Assembly: GCA_027593235.1 (NCBI GenBank)
Contig: JAQCIU010000035.1
Span: 1 to 32,332 of the forward strand
Direction: 5' to 3'
DNA length: 32,332 nucleotides
Origin: Chloroflexota bacterium
Lineage (GTDB): Bacteria > Chloroflexota > Dehalococcoidia > UBA2979
The position numbers were made by a program, and so were the translations under genes. The first letter of the stretch is position 1. Every line of letters starts with the position of its first letter. The notes below the pieces were generated by a model. That model saw only the letters and a program-made list of their open reading frames with translations. It was not told the origin of the DNA and ran no database searches. Positions 27,460-32,332 of this stretch are shown one piece after another.

Positions 27460-27546
27460 CGGCTCCTGCCGCGGGAGCGGCATCGTGACGGCTCCTGCCG
27501 CGGGAGCGGCATCGTGACGGCTCCCGCCGCCGGAGCGGCACTGTGA
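27431..27546 (+). repeat. 29-bp tandem repeat x4 spanning the ATPase stop and permease start
   Basis: Units at 27431, 27460, 27489 and 27518; consensus CGGCTCCTGCCGCGGGAGCGGCATCGTGA. Confidence 0.95.
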
Positions 27547-28319
27547 CCGCGCTCCGTCTCGGCCTGCGCCAGGTCCGCTATGAGGCCGTCGCGTTCGTAC
27601 GCAACCCCGCCGCCGCCTTCTTCACCTTCGTCTTCCCGCTCATCTTCCTGGTGATCTTCAACCTGCTGTTCGGCAACCAGGAACTCGTCCTCCCCGGTGG
27701 CACCACCAACGTCTCCACCTTCTACGTGCCGGCCATCGCCGCGCTCTCCGTGATCAACGCCTGCTACACCGGGCTGGCGATGAGCATGTCCGTCTCGCGT
27801 GACCTCGGGCTGCTCAAACGGCTCCGAGGCACCCCGCTGCCGGCCGCCTCGTTCCTGCTCGGGCGGGTGCTCTTCATGACCGTCGTCGCGCTCGCACTGG
27901 TCGCCATCGTGACGCTCTTCGGCGCCCTCTTCTATGGCGTCGACATCCCCACCAACACCCTCCCCGCCTTCGTCATCTCGCTCGCCATCGGTGCCGCCGC
28001 CTTCTCATTGCTCGGGCTCGCCATCACCACGTTCATCCCCAACGCGGATGCCGCGCCTGCCGTGGTTAACGCTTCTATCCTCCCCCTGCTCTTCATCTCC
28101 GACGTGTTCATTCGCATCGAGGACGATGGACCCGGCTGGCTCGGCTTCGTCGGCGATCTGTTCCCGGTGAAGCATCTCTCTCTTGCGCTCCAGACCGCCT
28201 TTAATCCCTTCGAAACCGGGAGCGGCTTCGAACCAGCGCACCTCGGGATCATCGCGCTCTGGGGCCTCGTGGGCGCGCTGATCGCCGCACGCCGCTTCAG
28301 CTGGGAACCGCGCGTCTAG
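27543..28319 (+). CDS. ABC-2 type exporter permease
   Basis: RNPAAAFFTFVFP, RDLGLLKRLRGTP, about 6 TM helices, FSWEP C-terminus. Confidence 0.93.
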   Translation: MTALRLGLRQVRYEAVAFVRNPAAAFFTFVFPLIFLVIFNLLFGNQELVLPGGTTNVSTFYVPAIAALSVINACYTGLAMSMSVSRDLGLLKRLRGTPLPAASFLLGRVLFMTVVALALVAIVTLFGALFYGVDIPTNTLPAFVISLAIGAAAFSLLGLAITTFIPNADAAPAVVNASILPLLFISDVFIRIEDDGPGWLGFVGDLFPVKHLSLALQTAFNPFETGSGFEPAHLGIIALWGLVGALIAARRFSWEPRV

Positions 28320-28431
28320 CGTCCGACGCGCCCATCCGCCGAGCCAACTACCACTCCTGCGTCAGCCCGCGCTTGCTGCCCGCTGGTACAGTCGGTCACT
28401 CACCACAATCGAACGGAAGCAGCCGACGCCT

Positions 28432-29022
28432 GTGAGCAGTTCACCCCCGGAATCGACCGATCCCGCAGCGCCGACACCTGGCGCCTCCCGCTCCCGACCG
28501 TTCGACTCCTACGGCGGATTCGCCGTCCTCGTCCCCGTCGCCATCGCCATCCTCGTGCTGGTCGCGATCGTCTTTCGCAGCCAGCTCGGGTTCGGTTCGA
28601 CCGAGGACGCCTCGGTCGGCGAACTCGTCGCGCTACCGGAGACCGTCCACGTCCCGGAAGGCTCGCTCGGCCCGAATCCGCCGCTGACCCCGGCTGGCGG
28701 CCCCCACTACGATCAGCCGCTTCGGCAGGGCATCTACGCCGAACCCGTCCCGGATGGCAATGCGATCCACTCGCTGGAGCACGGCCTCGTCTGGATCACC
28801 TACCGTCCCGAAGACATCAAGGCCGACCAGCTCGCCGCGCTCGAGGCCGTGGCGTCGGACTTCGCCCGTGACGTCATCCTCTCGCCGCGGCTGGAGAACG
28901 CCTCGCCCGTGATCGTCGTCTCTTGGGGGCGCCGGCTCACCATGGATGACGTCGATGCCGATCTGTTGCAGAAGTTCGTCACCACCAACCGCAACCAGTC
29001 GCCGGAGCCCGGACTACGTTGA
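28432..29022 (+). CDS. DUF3105 domain membrane-anchored protein
   Basis: N-terminal TM, P..GPHY, HSLEHGLVWITY, SWG. Confidence 0.82.
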   Translation: MSSSPPESTDPAAPTPGASRSRPFDSYGGFAVLVPVAIAILVLVAIVFRSQLGFGSTEDASVGELVALPETVHVPEGSLGPNPPLTPAGGPHYDQPLRQGIYAEPVPDGNAIHSLEHGLVWITYRPEDIKADQLAALEAVASDFARDVILSPRLENASPVIVVSWGRRLTMDDVDADLLQKFVTTNRNQSPEPGLR

Positions 29023-29027
29023 TCGCG

Positions 29028-29082
29028 CTTGGCCCGGTATTGGCAGCTCGGTATTGGCATGAGCCAGTCTCGGTAATTGGCC
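29028..29082. promoter_or_regulatory. Putative MocR/GntR operator upstream of the VOC-mocR pair
   Basis: CGGTATTGGCA at 29035 and 29049, CGGTAATTGGC at 29071, inverted GCCAGT at 29063. Confidence 0.55.
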
Positions 29083-29131
29083 TGCGCGATATGCCCGGAC
29101 GCGCCTATCGTGTCCGCGAGAGGGGTGCGAC

Positions 29132-29500
29132 ATGGCTGTGAGCCGCTACATCGTGGACGACGTGGACGAGGCCCTGACCTTCTTCACGGAAGTGCTCGGC
29201 TTCGAGCTGATTCAACGCTGGGGACCACCCTTCGCCTCGATCGGGAAGGGCGATCAGCAGCTCTGGCTCTCCGGACCCGGTACCTCCGCGCGCAAGCCCA
29301 TGCCGGACGGCGCAGCCCCGGTGCCCGGCGGCTGGAACCGCATCGTCGTCGAGGTCGATGATCTCGAGGCCGTCGTCGCTCAACTCCGCGCTCGCGGTGC
29401 AACCTTCCGCAACGAACCCCTCGCCGGTCCCGGCGGCACCCAGATCCTTATCGAGGATCCCTCCGGCAACCCGATCGAGGTCTTCCAACCCGCCTCGTGA
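29132..29500 (+). CDS. VOC (glyoxalase/bleomycin resistance) family protein
   Basis: RYIVDDVDEA..F, PGGWNRI, GPGG.QIL.EDPSGNPIE; GAGGGG SD. Confidence 0.92.
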   Translation: MAVSRYIVDDVDEALTFFTEVLGFELIQRWGPPFASIGKGDQQLWLSGPGTSARKPMPDGAAPVPGGWNRIVVEVDDLEAVVAQLRARGATFRNEPLAGPGGTQILIEDPSGNPIEVFQPAS

Positions 29501-29522
29501 TCCCGCTAACCGGGCTACCAAC

Positions 29523-30473
29523 GTGAGCCCCAATCCGGCCACCAACCCGGCTGCCAAAGTGACTGCCGACTTGGACGCGATCCTCGATCGCTTCACCCTC
29601 GATCGCGGGAGTCGCGAGCCGCCGTACCGCCAGATCGCCCGCTGCGTTCACGACGCCGTCGTCAGGGGCGAGCTGCCCGCCGGGATCCGCCTGCCCGCCG
29701 AACGCGACCTCGCCCGGCGCCTCGCCGTCAGCCGCGCCACGGTCGCGCGCGCGCTCAACGAACTCGCCGCGACCGGCCTCCTCGAACGCCGCGTTGGTCA
29801 CGGAACGCTCGTCGCCTTCAACCGCCAGAGCTGGCACGCCGGACCCACCGCCGGGATCCCCTGGGGCGCGATCCTCACCGCACTCGCCCCCGCGCGCCTC
29901 CCCACTGCGGCGGAGTTCCCTCGAGACGCAGTCCCGTCGGACCACTCCGCTCGACGCTCCCGGATCGCCGCTGCCCTCGGCGTCGCTGACCGCGATGCTG
30001 ACTCGATCATCCTCACCGCCGGAATCCCGGACGCAACGCGCTTCCTCGTCGCCGCGCTGGTGCGGTCGGGCGATCGGGTAATCGTGGAGACCCCCGCCTC
30101 GGCCGCGCTCACGATCAGCCTCGCGCAGCGCGGCGCGGTCGCACTGGAGCTGCGATCGTCGCCCACCCTCGCCGCCGACCTCGAACGCCTCTTGGACGCC
30201 CAGCCCGCCGCGGTGCTGGTCTGGCTACGAACCGCCAGCCGCCTGCGCGAAGCCGGTGCTCGCGCGCATCTCCTCGGACTCACCAAGCGGTTCGCGCTGC
30301 CCGTGATCGAAGAGCCGCCTCGCGACCGCGCCGCCACCGGACTCCTCGCCTTCGAGCCTCACGATCACGTCATCCGCATCGACGACGGCTGGCTCAGCGC
30401 ACCCCCGCCGTTGGCTCGGTTGCTCCGCCCCCTCGCCACCGCACTTGGCTTGGCGGCGACTCCGGAGGGTTGA
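29523..30473 (+). CDS. GntR-family regulator, MocR-like, with degenerate and shortened aminotransferase domain
   Basis: PPYRQIA, G.RLPAERDLA..L.VSRATV.RA, GHGT; remnants GDRVIVETP, PVIEE, GW..AP. Start uncertain (29523 or 29559). Confidence 0.8.
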   Translation: MSPNPATNPAAKVTADLDAILDRFTLDRGSREPPYRQIARCVHDAVVRGELPAGIRLPAERDLARRLAVSRATVARALNELAATGLLERRVGHGTLVAFNRQSWHAGPTAGIPWGAILTALAPARLPTAAEFPRDAVPSDHSARRSRIAAALGVADRDADSIILTAGIPDATRFLVAALVRSGDRVIVETPASAALTISLAQRGAVALELRSSPTLAADLERLLDAQPAAVLVWLRTASRLREAGARAHLLGLTKRFALPVIEEPPRDRAATGLLAFEPHDHVIRIDDGWLSAPPPLARLLRPLATALGLAATPEG

Positions 30474-30482
30474 TGCACCGAC

Positions 30483-30525
30483 CCGGGATCGCCGGGTTGT
30501 TCCAGGACATCCCTGCGGTGCCCGG
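30483..30525. terminator. Long imperfect hairpin between convergent mocR-like and CDGSH genes
   Basis: CCGGGATCGCCGGGTTGTT pairs with GACATCCCTGCGGTGCCCGG, about 17 pairs with mismatches; no U tract. Confidence 0.4.
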
Positions 30526-30629
30526 ACGTTGATGTGCCGCCTCCACCTGCCGCGGTGCGCCGGGTTGGGGCCGGCCCCGGGCGGCTGATGCGCCGGCATC
30601 CGGGGTCGTCCGCTCCCGTCTCGTTCGGC

Positions 30630-30824
30630 CTAGCTCGCCTGCACTTCGCTCTCGAAGCCCTCGCGGTTGTGCGATCCGTCGCAGAACGGCTTGTTCGCTG
30701 AGTGCCCGCAGCGGCACAGCGCCAGCGTCCCCGTCTTCGTGAACGCCTTGCCGGTCGCGTCGACCAGCTCAAGCTCGCCGCTCACGATGTACGGCCCATT
30801 GTTGTTCACTTTGATCGTTGCCAT
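30630..30824 (-). CDS. CDGSH iron-sulfur domain protein
   Basis: NGPY, LCRCGHSANKPFCDGSH; GGAGGG SD. Confidence 0.93.
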   Translation of the reverse strand: MATIKVNNNGPYIVSGELELVDATGKAFTKTGTLALCRCGHSANKPFCDGSHNREGFESEVQAS

Positions 30825-30999
30825 GGTTCCCTCCGGGTTCCCATACTCACGCGCCGGAGCGCCGGCGCCTCATTCGAGACGCCACAGTATAGGTAGTAAC
30901 TATCCGTGAGGATTTATCGAAACGTAACGAAGTTGACGGGCGGACGCGGCTCGGGCGCGTCACCGGATCCACCTGACTACAGCGCCGTTGGCGACTAGC

Positions 31000-32332
31000 G
31001 TGGCAGCCTCGACGGCCCATCAGGAGAGCGGGCGACGGTTGCTGCGGTTCTTCGAAACGCTCGAGGCCCATCGCGTCCAGGCGCTTGGCCTCGCCTTGGC
31101 GCTCACCGCGCTCTTCGTGATCCCGCTGCTCGCCATGCAGCCGGAGCACAGCGCCTCGCAGGACCCCGACGCCGCGGTCTTCGATACGCAGGATCTGGTT
31201 GACCAGCGCTTCCAGTCCGCGGTCTACCGGCCGGTCTTCATCGTCGAGTCACGCGACGGGGACGTCCTCCGACGCGACCCACTGTTTGAACTCCTCCAGA
31301 ACCAGCAAGCCCTCCGCACCTCCCCCGTCGGCGACGTGCTCCTCGCGCGCTACAACCCCGACGCCGGACGCATCACCCCCGGGCTCGTCACCCTCGCCGA
31401 CGCCGTCGATGTCGTGCTCCTCGCCAACTGGGTCGGCGGCCTCGAGTTCGCCACCGACGATCAAGTGAAGATCGCCGTCTCTCAGCTGCTCGAGGAAGGA
31501 AAACCTTCCGCCGGCCTCCGCGACACGCTCTCCGTCGATCGCCAATCCGAACGCCGCGTGGTCGGTACCCAGAACGTAGAGATCGACTACTGGACCGCCT
31601 CCGCACTCCTCGTCGAGTTGTTCGCCGACAACGAAGCACTCGGCGGCGGATCCGTCGTCGTCGAACTGGGCTCCGACAACACCACCGTCGAGGAGTACGC
31701 CCGCGACGCCCAGTCCCTCCTCCGAGGCGATCAGCAGCACATCCGCGTCTGGGGCATCGCGATCGACGTCAACCTCACCAGCGCCGAGGAAGGCGCCACC
31801 GCCGGACCGTTCATCGCGCTCACCATCGTCACCGTGCTGCTCGTCGTCGGCCTCTTGCTTCGCTCCTACTGGGCGGTCGCCGTCACCGGTGCCGGGCTCG
31901 CCATCCTCATGATCTGGCTCAAGGGCATCTCGAACCTCATCGGCCTCGACAGCTCGCTCACCCTCGACCTGATCGTCCCGATCGCCATGATCTCCTTCGG
32001 CGTTGACTTCGCCTTCCACGCCCTCGGCCGCTATCGCGAAGAGCGATCCAGCGCTGCGTCGGTCACCCCTGGGCGTGCCTTCGCCGCCGGCCTCACCGGC
32101 GTCATCGGCGCACTCGCGCTCGCGCTCGCCAGCGACAGCATCGCCTTCCTCTCCAACTTCACCGCCGGCATCCCCTCCGTCATCCAGTTCGGCATCGGCG
32201 CCACCATCGCGCTCGCCGCCGCCTTCATCGTCCTCGGCGTGCTCGTCCCCCTCCTGATCGCCGCAATCGACGCCCAACTCGACGCCCGCCACCCTGCCGC
32301 CGCCCCGATCCCCGCGACCCCCGCCGAGCCGG
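31000..32332 (+). CDS. MMPL/RND family transporter, N-terminal part (runs off the window; absent from the ORF track)
   Basis: Open frame from about 30934 to the end. TM1 ALGLALALTALFVIPLL, extracytoplasmic loop, then LLLRSYWAV, FGVDFAFH..RYREE, AFLSN. Start uncertain. Confidence 0.85.
   Translation, partial: MAASTAHQESGRRLLRFFETLEAHRVQALGLALALTALFVIPLLAMQPEHSASQDPDAAVFDTQDLVDQRFQSAVYRPVFIVESRDGDVLRRDPLFELLQNQQALRTSPVGDVLLARYNPDAGRITPGLVTLADAVDVVLLANWVGGLEFATDDQVKIAVSQLLEEGKPSAGLRDTLSVDRQSERRVVGTQNVEIDYWTASALLVELFADNEALGGGSVVVELGSDNTTVEEYARDAQSLLRGDQQHIRVWGIAIDVNLTSAEEGATAGPFIALTIVTVLLVVGLLLRSYWAVAVTGAGLAILMIWLKGISNLIGLDSSLTLDLIVPIAMISFGVDFAFHALGRYREERSSAASVTPGRAFAAGLTGVIGALALALASDSIAFLSNFTAGIPSVIQFGIGATIALAAAFIVLGVLVPLLIAAIDAQLDARHPAAAPIPATPAEP

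Noticed and set aside
27431-27546. Mini-CRISPR (29-bp palindromic repeats)
   Set aside because: No spacers; the unit is a duplication of the gene junction itself.
31249-32292. 347-aa minus-strand ORF
   Set aside because: Antisense shadow of the plus-strand MMPL gene.

Overview
High-GC bacterial chromosomal segment with about 31 protein-coding genes and no recognisable rRNA, tRNA, CRISPR array or transposase. The gene content (luciferase-like monooxygenase, fused two-domain class III CoA-transferase, Ldh_2 dehydrogenase, BKACE, LuxR-HTH/transmembrane fusions) suggests Chloroflexota/Dehalococcoidia; this is inference. The left half holds a NIT/HAMP/GGDEF diguanylate cyclase and a catabolic gene block. 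The right half holds SRAP, TrkH/KtrB, a methyltransferase, two LuxR-TM proteins flanking yihY, a hydrolase operon, an ABC-2 exporter, VOC plus a truncated MocR, a CDGSH protein and a partial MMPL gene. Most notable: (1) a 4x29-bp repeat between the ABC genes that multiplies an SD+GTGA junction into three chained 10-aa mini-ORFs; (2) two paralogous membrane-anchored LuxR regulators with unrelated external domains; (3) adjacent SRAP and TrkH genes each broken by one in-frame CGG-TAG, part of a wider CGGCA>CGGTA signature; (4) several enzymes lacking canonical catalytic residues; (5) a 36-bp REP-like tandem array at the window start.
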